DNA of 64,000 bases from Histomonas meleagridis 2922-C6/04-290x (taxonomy: Eukaryota > Protista > Parabasalia), in contig JAANOX010000237.1 in NCBI GenBank assembly GCA_020184695.1, forward strand, positions 168,675 through 232,674, in the 5' to 3' direction. Positions 54,903-64,000 of this stretch are shown one piece after another (the first letter of the stretch is position 1; each line of letters opens with the position of its first letter). The notes under the pieces are model-generated. The model was not told the DNA's origin, did not search any database, and was given only the letters and a program-made list of their open reading frames with translations. The translations under genes were made by a program, and so were the position numbers.

Positions 54903-57900
54903 ATGAAAATTTTTGTTTGATTTTTATTTTTATATTATTCACAAAATGTTTCTCAACTTTTGATAATTCACTAAAACACTTTCTATTTCCAATTCAACAG
55001 ATTATGATAATAGAACACTATATAAAAATGAAACAATTCATCTTATTATTGGAGGTTACATCACTGGAATTGCAGATAATTGTTTTTCAGAGTGGAATAA
55101 ATTGGAAAGTATCAAAATGAATGAATCAATCACTGTAATTGGAAATTCTGTATTTTCATCATGTTCTAATTTGAGAATAGTTTTAATTGGAGAAAATGTA
55201 ACAACAATTGGAACTTCTGCATTTTATAATTGCAGATCATTATTAAATATTACAATTCCAAACAAAGTAACAGAAATTGGAAATTCTGTATTTTTCATCA
55301 TGTTCTAATTTGAGAATAGTTTTTAATGGAGAAAATGTTGAAAGAATTGGAACTTCTGCATTTTCATATTGCACATCATTATTAAATATTACAATTCCAA
55401 ACAAAGTAACAGAAATTGGAAATTCTGTATTTTTCATCATGTTCTAATTTGAGAATAGTTTTTAATGGAGAAAATGTTGAAAGAATTGGAACTTCTGCAT
55501 TTTATAATTGCAGATCATTATTAAATATTACAATTCCAAACAAAGTAACAGAAATTGGAAATTCTGTATTTTCATCATGTTCTAATTTGAGAATAGTTTT
55601 TAATGGAGAAAATGTTGAAAGAATTGGAACTTCTGCATTTTTATAATTGCAGATCATTATTAAATATTACAATTCCAAACAAAGTAACAGAAATTGGAAA
55701 TTCTGTATTTTCATCATGTTCTAATTTGAGAATAGTTTTTAATGGAGAAAATGTTGAAAGAATTGGAACTTCTGCATTTTCATATTGCACATCATTATTA
55801 AATATTACAATTCCAAACAAAGTAACAGAAATTGGAAATTCTGTATTTTCATCATGTTCTAATTTGAGAATAGTTTTTAATGGAGAAAATGTTGAAAGAA
55901 TTGGAACTTCTGCATTTTATAATTGCAGATCATTATTAAATATTACAATTCCAAACAAAGTAACAGAAATTGGAAATTCTGTATTTTCATCATGTTCTAA
56001 TTTGAGAATAGTTTTTAATGGAGAAAATGTTGAAAGAATTGGAACTTCTGCATTTTATAATTGCAGATCATTATTAAATATTACAATTCCAAACAAAGTA
56101 ACAGAAATTGGAAATTCTGCATTTTATTCATGTTCTAATTTGAGAATAGTTTTTAATGGAGAAAATGTTGAAAGAATTGGAACTTCTGCATTTTATAATT
56201 GCAGATCATTATTAAATATTACAATTCCAAACAAAGTAACAGAAATTGGAAATTCTGTATTTTCATCATGTTCTAATTTGAGAATAGTTTTTAATGGAGA
56301 AAATGTTGAAAGAATTGGAACTTCTGCATTTTATAATTGCAGATCATTATTAAATATTACAATTCCAAACAAAGTAACAGAAATTGGAAATTCTGCATTT
56401 TATTCATGTTCTAATTTGAGAATAGTTTTAATTGGAGAAAATGTTGAAAGAATTGGAACTTCTGCATTTTATAATTGCAGATCATTATTAAATATTACAA
56501 TTCCAAACAAAGTAACAGAAATTGGAAATTCTGTATTTTCATCATGTTCTAATTTGAGAATAGTTTTAATTGGAGAAAATGTTGAAAGAATTGGAACTTC
56601 TGCATTTTATAATTGCACATCATTATTAAATATTACAATTCCAAACAAAGTAACAGAAATTGGAAATTCTGCATTTTATTCATGTTCTAATTTGAGAATA
56701 GTTTTTATTGGAGAAAATGTAACAACAATTGGAACTTCTGCATTTTATAATTGCAGATCATTATTAAATATTACAATTCCAAAAAAAGTAACAGAAATTG
56801 GAAATTCTGCATTTTATTCATGTTCTAATTTGAGAATAGTTTTTATTGGAGAAAATGTTGAAAGAATTGGAACTTCTGCATTTTATAATTGCACATCATT
56901 ATTAAATATTACAATTCCAAACAAAGTAACAGAAATTGGAAATTATGTTTTTGCATTATGTACGAGTATCGAAACGATTTCTATTGGAGAAAATGTAAGT
57001 GCAATTGAAACTAACGCATTTAGTTCATGTACAAAACTTAAGTTCATTAATGTTTCGAATGAAAATTTATATTTTGCTAATTATCAAAATGATGGAATTT
57101 TATATGATAAACAAATCAATAGAATCAAAATTTATCCATCAGGAAATTTAAATGTTAAATTTGAAGTTCCATTTTCAGTAAAAGAAATTGGAAGTTATTC
57201 ATTTGTTTCATGTATTAATTTAGAAACGATTTATATTGGTGAAAATGTTACTTCAATTGAATCAAATGCATTTTCATCATGCGATAAACTCAAATGCATT
57301 TATTACTTTGGCGAAACCGATCCGACAAATTCATCAAATATATTTATAGATGTAGCAGCAGAAATTGTCATGACAACAAATTCATATAATGGATCAACAT
57401 TTGGTGGATTAAATGTGGCTAAAGGAACAATAATAAATGAATGCGCCTTATTAACAAATACATTTCCTAAGTCAAATACATATACTAAATCTAATGCATT
57501 TACGAATTCATATGAAATTTCATTTGTTGTTTCGAATTCATTTACTTTTTCATATTCGAATGGTATAACATTAACGAATACAATAACACTAACACAATCA
57601 TTATCTATTACGCAAACAATAAGTATTTATAAATCGACTTATTCGAATTCATTTTCTGTTTCTATTTTTAATTCTGTATTAACTTACGTTTTGAGTGAAT
57701 TTATTTATTACGAATATACTGTTGTTGTATATTCGACTTATTACATATATTATAGTAATTTCTTTACTATTATATATCAAAATGAAAATATTAAAGATGA
57801 TAATAAAAACACAATAATAATTATAAGTGTTTGCGTTGCAGTTGTCGTAATTGTAATAATTGCAATACTTATCGTATTTTTGGTTCGAATTCATAATAAA

Positions 57901-58053
57901 AAGCAAATAAGTAATGAACAAGAAGCAAAAAGTTTCGAAGAAAATGAAAATGAAAAAGAAAATACATTTGCATTGGGAACATCAACGAATAATATTGATG
58001 AAGATCCATTTGCTGATGATTTCAAAGAAGAAAAATTCATTAATCATATTTAA
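54903..58053 (+). CDS. BspA-like TpLRR surface protein B, frameshifted in its 5' part
   Basis: ATG at 54903 followed by a signal-like segment one base out of frame; single-base indels at about 54910, 54970, 55290, 55430 and 55640; intact ORF from about 55640; TM helix and a tail containing DPFADDF. Confidence 0.82.
55130..56950 (+). repeat. Tandem 138-nt coding repeat (2 x 23-aa TpLRR), about 13 near-identical copies
   Basis: Seen directly; the unit is nearly identical to that of locus A. Confidence 0.95.
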
Positions 58054-58709
58054 CATAAAAACATTTGCTTAATTAAGTAAAAAAATCGGTGAAACTTAAA
58101 TTTACTAGTTGAATGGTGTTTTTATCATGAGAGTTATCTGTCCAGCTGGTAGACAGCAAAGAAATGAAGCTCAAATTGTATGCATATACGGCCAAACAAA
58201 GCCTTGTCAATCCAAACATGATTAACCATTTATGTATTCAATTGGATGTTTGAATACTTTACATGGAAATTGAAAAATTTTTTCCTTAAAAAAACAACTC
58301 ATCAAATGTTGCGTTTTAAGAAACATTATGTGAAAAAAAAATTGTAATATAAATCAGATGTCATAATACATTTAGATAGTACATTTGTAAGAACATCATC
58401 TATGTTTGACGGATATTCATAACCTAATATATATGCATGTGAGACGATTACAGTTTTGAAATGATAACAAATGATTGAACCTTATCTCTAATGATGTATG
58501 CTATATCATGTAATAAAGTTTTAACTATGATGTGTGTAGAAATCGAATCAATCGAATTCACTCATTTCTAATGAACCAAATCCAATTAAAGATTTTACAT
58601 TGAATAACAATTTTAAAAGAGAACTTCTACATAGTGATGAGGTTTTTCTTGGTTAAAAAAGTGTTTATATAAATTTTTATATGTCAATTTATTTTCAAGA
58701 AATAATAAT

Positions 58710-59039
58710 TTACTTTCCAGACTTTGACCTTCTAGTGCTCATCTTTGATTGTGTCTGTTCTATTATAAAATCAGGTCTATCTATTTTGATTCCTTCTTCA
58801 TTCAAAGCAGATTTTAATTGTGATAATCGTAAAACATCACCTGCCTCACCATCTTGAATTCCTGTGTAAAAGTGTGCGTTAGCGATTATAATTTCAAGTT
58901 TTTTTTTCAAAGCAGCTTTTATTAATGAGATAGCCTCAGGATCATCACATTGAAATCCAGTTGATGTCAATATTATTTTTATTGCTTCATCTATGTCTGA
59001 GTCATCAACAGTATGTGTTTCATTTTGATTTAAGTTCAT
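58710..59039 (-). CDS. TAF10: TAF10-like histone-fold protein
   Basis: I.....TGFQCDDP....LI.....K....I...A and VLRLSQLKSALNEEGIKIDRPDF align with the TAF10 pattern GF...DPR..RL...A.QKF / TLTMEDL..AL.EYGI...KP.YF. Confidence 0.7.
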   Translation of the reverse strand: MNLNQNETHTVDDSDIDEAIKIILTSTGFQCDDPEAISLIKAALKKKLEIIIANAHFYTGIQDGEAGDVLRLSQLKSALNEEGIKIDRPDFIIEQTQSKMSTRRSKSGK

Positions 59040-59128
59040 TTGATTAATGGTTTAAAGTTTTGTTTGCCAATTGAAACAAACTTTCTGAAATCTCAGTAAA
59101 CTTTTTCTGCGTTTATTTGTTCAATATA

Positions 59129-59156
59129 ACGGTTGCTGCGGTTTTGGTCGCCCTTT
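59129..59156 (+). promoter_or_regulatory. Two M3 motifs (ACGGTT, GCGGTT) plus M5 (CCTTT) of RPS15A
   Basis: ACGGTTgctGCGGTTttggtcgcCCTTTcttATG. Confidence 0.75.
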
Positions 59157-59159
59157 CTT

Positions 59160-59552
59160 ATGGTTAGAACTTCAGTTCTTGCAGATGCACTCAAAGCAAT
59201 AACAAATGCTGAACGTCAAGGAAAGCGTCAAGTTCTCGTTCGTCCATGCAGCAAAGTTATCATTCAATTTCTCAAAGTTATGATGAAGCGTGGATACATT
59301 GGCGAATTTGAAGTTATTGATGATCACCGTTCTGGTAAAATTATCATTAACCTTTTAGGTCGTCTTAACAAATGTGTTGCTATTTGCCCACGTTTCGATG
59401 TTCAATTAACTGAATTAGAAAATTGGCAATCAAAACTCCTTCCATCACGTCAATTTGGATATGTAGTTCTCACAACATCACATGGGATCTTAGATCATGA
59501 AGAAGCCCGTAAAAAGAATGCTGGTGGTAAAATCCTCGGTATGTTCTTCTGA
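59160..59552 (+). CDS. RPS15A: 40S ribosomal protein S15a (uS8)
   Basis: [34 protein letters not shown]...[25 protein letters not shown]; ATG at 59160. Confidence 0.97.
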   Translation: MVRTSVLADALKAITNAERQGKRQVLVRPCSKVIIQFLKVMMKRGYIGEFEVIDDHRSGKIIINLLGRLNKCVAICPRFDVQLTELENWQSKLLPSRQFGYVVLTTSHGILDHEEARKKNAGGKILGMFF

Positions 59553-60617
59553 ATAAACAACATTTAAAATAGATTTTCTGATTTGTTTAATGCGTTACTC
59601 AAGTTTCACTGGTTAACATAAATACAAATATGCTTCAGTTATTATGATTACTCCAAAAGAAAAAAAATTACAAAATTGGATAAAATTTAAAACATATGAC
59701 TCTATATTTTTTTAATTTCTTATTGATATACATTAATAAGTTTGGTTTTCTGGATTTTTAGTAAATATCGATGCTGAAGTGATAAAATTTCAAATATGAG
59801 AAATAGGTTGAGTGTAAGTTGGCCAAAATTGTTGAAGCAAAATCATTGATAATTTAATTATTTTATATCAAAAATGTTCTCGAGAAATTAGATTATGGAT
59901 CATTGCATTTTTTTTATTTTGTGTAACATTTAATCGTTTATTATCCAAACCGTCACGAGCAAAATTTGAAAATAACGTCCGTCAATGTCAGGGACATTTA
60001 AATATCTTACAAAAAGTGTAGAAGGTAAACTTGTAGTTTTCCTTTGGAAAAGTTGTTCAAAAAAAACCGAAAATACTTTTTTGATGAAAAATTGATCGAT
60101 GAGATATTTTTCATAATATAGTCAACTGATTATGATTTACTCAAGGGGAAATTTATCAGACCTCTGAAAACATTGAAATATTTTTGTCTCGAGGGCTGAT
60201 CTTGTATTTGATATCACTTCCATGAATATTTAGTTTCAAGTAAAAAAAAAAAAATACAACCGTAAAACAACAGCATTATGATATGTTATGTTAAAATGCA
60301 AATTGTAAGTATTAAAAGCTTTTAATGATTTTCTGAGATTTAAGAAGCTGTAACATTATCTGAACAAAAATGAACTTTATATTGAGCAATGCACATATAT
60401 AATATCGAATGATATTAATATGTCATCATAAATCTTTGTGTTTAACGAAAAATAGACATGGTTTCCCACAGAATCAAATTTCATATGAAAATTTCTGCGG
60501 TGTTTTAAATTTTAAATGTCACACACTACAATTAATTGAAATACCGCTACAACAATACTTTTTAATAGAAAGCTGCAGAAAACTCATTTGAATACAATAA
60601 CTCCCACACACTTTTCA

Positions 60618-61307
60618 ATGCTGTTGTTTCAATGTTATGAAATCGTTTCAAACATAAAAAACGTTCACAAAATCAGTCGATTGATCACCAGAATGGAAAC
60701 AAGCAAGACTCCGGCTCCCAAAAAGACATATATTCGGCGCAAACGCTGCCTGAATAAATCAATAGAACAAATAAAAAACACAATACTTTACGTCGCACAT
60801 AGTACAGGACGTTTTCTACGAGAAGATGAATTAATGAATGTTGCGAAAACAAGGGCACAAGAAATCGAAGCTGCATGTTGGTCCCCTCGGATTAAAATGA
60901 CTGATGCAGAATATTCGCATATGGTGCTCATGAAAACATATCAGATTTGTAATCTTATTATAGCTCAGAACAGATTGCCTGCTATGACAAGAAGCACCCA
61001 CCCTGTTGTTCCTACATCAGTCATGCCTGAGCCGCCACCTCCAAAGTTTATGGTACAACCAAGAAACTTTTCTACACAAATGCAAGAATGTATGATTACT
61101 AATCGGTGCCCAAATGCAAATGTTTTTTATTTAAGACCATATGGTCCACAAAGTTTTTCCGATTCACAGGATTTTTTATTACAAACATTTCAAATTCCAC
61201 AACACTGCGATGAAGAACAACATGAGGAGCCATTCTTATTCTTAAATAATATGAGGTCTACACAAGAAAAACATGATATTTCACAATCTATTTATTGGGA
61301 TAAATGA
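60618..61307 (+). CDS. Hypothetical protein with a helical N-terminal domain and P/Q-rich tail
   Basis: Open frame; start is either ATG 60618 or ATG 60693; no confident family. Confidence 0.6.
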   Translation: MLLFQCYEIVSNIKNVHKISRLITRMETSKTPAPKKTYIRRKRCLNKSIEQIKNTILYVAHSTGRFLREDELMNVAKTRAQEIEAACWSPRIKMTDAEYSHMVLMKTYQICNLIIAQNRLPAMTRSTHPVVPTSVMPEPPPPKFMVQPRNFSTQMQECMITNRCPNANVFYLRPYGPQSFSDSQDFLLQTFQIPQHCDEEQHEEPFLFLNNMRSTQEKHDISQSIYWDK

Positions 61308-61544
61308 ATAGTTTGTATCAAAAAAAATAATGTAAGCTCAACCTCGTTGAACTAACACTTGTCTTGTTTGGTAAAATTTTTCGATGGTTAATCTAATTTT
61401 TTTTTCCTTTTCGGATTAAACAAAAATTACTCATTTTTGAACTATAATTGGAATTATTAAAGTAAAGACGTGGAAATTTTTTTGTTCAATGAGACATTTA
61501 TTATATAATAAGTCCTGTATACAAATCTATGGGAAAAATTAGAA

Positions 61545-61760
61545 CTAAGATCGATAAAAGAAAGCATTTCCAACAGTTCTCATGTATGCAAGAAACAAAA
61601 TGATCATAAGAATACTTGGCCAAATTAGTCTTAATGAAAATTTATTTTGGCATACTGTATCAGCACTTTGAATAATAACAGGGAGTAAGGTTTTGAACCC
61701 AAAGTAACAGAGTAAAATCCCAGAGAAGAAATAAATTATTCCTTTATTCATTTTGTCCAT
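61545..61760 (-). CDS. Small two-TM membrane protein (71 aa), PIG-Y-like pattern
   Basis: ATG-TAG ORF with two hydrophobic segments; C-terminal C...LIWP..L..ILF.Y....GNAFFY.S loosely recalls PIG-Y/Eri1. Confidence 0.45.
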   Translation of the reverse strand: MDKMNKGIIYFFSGILLCYFGFKTLLPVIIQSADTVCQNKFSLRLIWPSILMIILFLAYMRTVGNAFFYRS

Positions 61761-61985
61761 TTTTCTGTCGTTTAGTACTAAATATTCAGTTGATTAACGT
61801 CCTCTTGCTGAAAAAAATGAATTCTTATTTATGCAATATATTTGATGGTTGTGATGGATATTTCAAACCCTTGGTAAATCGCACAAACGTAAATGTTAAG
61901 CATAAAAGAAACAGGATTTTAATCAATGATATTTTTTCGATTTTTGTGAATTTCTTTATTTCAATGCATAAAAAGAAAATCAAGA

Positions 61986-62058
61986 ACCTTCGTAGCTCAA
62001 CGGTTAGAGCATAGGACTTTTAATCCTGGGGTTGCGGGTTCGAATCCCGTCGAAGGTG
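61986..62058 (+). tRNA. tRNA-Lys(UUU)
   Basis: Cloverleaf: acceptor ACCTTCG/CGAAGGT, D arm GCTC/GAGC, anticodon arm TAGGA-CT TTT AA-TCCTG, T arm GCGGG-TTCGAAT-CCCGT; 73 nt, no intron. Confidence 0.97.
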
Positions 62059-62060
62059 AA

Positions 62061-62075
62061 TTTTTTTTGTTTTTT
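62061..62075 (+). terminator. Pol III T-run terminator of the tRNA
   Basis: ttttttttgtttttt begins 3 nt after the discriminator base. Confidence 0.8.
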
Positions 62076-62076
62076 G

Positions 62077-63978
62077 ATGGAGAGTTCTATTTTTGCTGAG
62101 AATTCGCCTTTAGCTCCGTTACAGGGAGAGGAATCGAATGATATACTTTTCTCATAATTCGAATTTTCATCAGATAGATTATTTGGAAATTCAAAACTTC
62201 AGACGAACAATTTTACAGGAATAGAGGATCATACCTCTAGATTACGATCAACAAGAAACGAATCTTTAATTACGAATAATTATGAAGATATTTATATTTT
62301 AAAGTTCGACCATGTACTACAAGATAAGATTAATATATGGGATATTAATGAAAATTATTATAGAGATAACAAAGAAATTATTACAGATCGAACATTACAA
62401 AACTTTTTACAAAATTATATAATTAATAAAGATTTTCCCAACAAAGAAGAAATTAAAAGAACTATTATCAAAGCAATCAAGAAACAAATACCAAAGCCTA
62501 ACATTTGGTTACAGCAAAATTTATTAATTTATAATTTTTTAAATTTCCCAATTTCTCAATTATTCAAATTAAATGAGTTTCGTGAAATTCCATTACTCGA
62601 ACCATTTTGTTGTTCATTAGTTCCAGAATGTAATTTTTTCACAAAAGATTTTCAAATACCATCAAAACATTTATCAGAAGAACATGATATTGACCCTAAT
62701 CAAGAATTACTCTTTCACGAAAGAATCATACAAAGATTATTGACTAAAAACAAATATATTATAAAATCAAAAAATTATAAAAGATTCTGTCCGTTTCCAA
62801 ATTGTTATAAAATTATTTCTAACAATTTTGAATTAATCAACCATATAAATCAAGACCACAGTTCAGAAATAATTATAAATTCTTTACAAACCGTCGGGTT
62901 ATTTTGGACGTTAATCTTTTCATGGACAAAAACTTACGGAAAATTACCGACAGCATTAAATTTATTAAAAACACAAGTTGATTTTGGAATATTCAATAAT
63001 ATTAATCCAGATGCTTGGAGAGAAATTTATTTAATTAATGAACATTATGAAAACAAAGATTTTACTGAAATTGATTTACCATATTGGATATTAATCATCG
63101 AACAAAATAACATCAATATTGAGATCCCGAATATATGTTCTTATCGAGGTTTAATTTTACCACCAGATACTTTTCGAATTATAAATAAAACATTATCAAT
63201 CAGACCTGACACATTACAATTCTTAAATAACAAAATTAGACCAAATAAAAACATTTCTCATGTTACACAAGTTAAACAATATCCAATTAATGTTCCTAAT
63301 TTCTCTATTACACAGAAAAACATAAATTGTGATTTACCAGTAGTAAAAGTTAAAGAAAAAATTATTGATATTCCAGACTTCAAAATCAATAATGAAGAAA
63401 TTAATGTCGTTATACCTTATTACAATAAAGAAGACAAGTTAATTACAATTCCCTAACTTTAAAATTAATACACAAAACTATTTAATACCAATTCCTAAAT
63501 TTAAGAAAAAATTGGTACCTATTAAAATATCAGAGTATGAGAAACAAACAGAAAATTTTATAATTCCAATACCTAATTATCAACAAGAAGATTTCAAAAT
63601 AGACATACCGAATTACCAACAAAATTTACAAAATTATACAATACCAATACCTTAATACAACCAAGAAAACTTTTTAGTTAATATTCCAAATTATCAAAAT
63701 CAAATACAAAACATTAATATTCCAATACCAAACTATCAAAATCAAGTACAAAATATTAATATTCCTATTCCGTATTACAATGAAGGAATTGTATACCATT
63801 TAATATTCCACAGATTAAAGTTAATGAACAAATTATAGAAATACCAAAAATTAAATTTGTAGAAAAAGATATCAATTTTTCAATACCAAACTATAGTTTA
63901 CCCAATATTAATATTAATATAAATCTAAATAATAACGAAACTCAAAACCAAAATACACACACACACAGCGCTATGTGA
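62077..63978 (+). pseudogene. Decayed ORF of about 630 codons with two C2H2-type zinc fingers and a C-terminal Ile-Pro repeat; possible mobile-element ORF
   Basis: Frame 1 is open from ATG 62077 to 63456 except for TAA at 62155. Motifs CSLVPECNFFTKDFQIPSKHLSEEH and CPFPNCYKIISNNFELINHINQDH. A +1 shift at about 63453, TAA at 63653, a compensating shift at about 63790, stop TGA at 63976-63978. Confidence 0.65.
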
Positions 63979-64000
63979 GCTTCGTGCTACGCACTCGCTC

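Noticed and set aside
55130-56950. CRISPR-like array
   Set aside because: The repeats are contiguous in-frame coding LRR units with no unique spacers and no cas genes.

Overview
AT-rich eukaryotic DNA, gene-dense and essentially free of canonical introns. It looks like a parabasalid (trichomonad) chromosome: Inr-type TCA(C/T)T initiators, M3/M5 promoter motifs on three ribosomal-protein genes, BspA-like TpLRR surface proteins and parabasalid-type ankyrin genes. The species cannot be fixed from sequence alone. Housekeeping genes include RPN2, centrin, CTR9, RPS18, RPL37A, RPS15A, TAF10-like and WDR7-like. Also present are a GEX1/KAR5-like karyogamy gene, a triple-saposin precursor, two bacterial-type enzymes (class II fumarase, GH13 oligo-1,6-glucosidase), two BspA loci, tRNA-Lys(UUU) and a decayed zinc-finger ORF abutting the tRNA. 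Main observation: five ankyrin loci that look fragmented in the ORF track are interrupted by about 85 (manual count) AT-rich 17-nt units, consensus RTTT-n9-ATTY, none ending in AG. The units sit between codons and often isolate single codons (17-3-17-3-17-3-17). Deleting them rebuilds ankyrin beta-hairpin loops (DKYGKTAL, DNNGWTAL, NNDGYTAL) and two uninterrupted ORFs of 993 aa and 557 aa. This points to an unrecognised class of ultra-short non-GT-AG introns, or another precise skipping mechanism, with 3-nt micro-exons. RNA or protein data are needed to prove removal. The assembly also shows several homopolymer indels, so some pseudogene calls are provisional.
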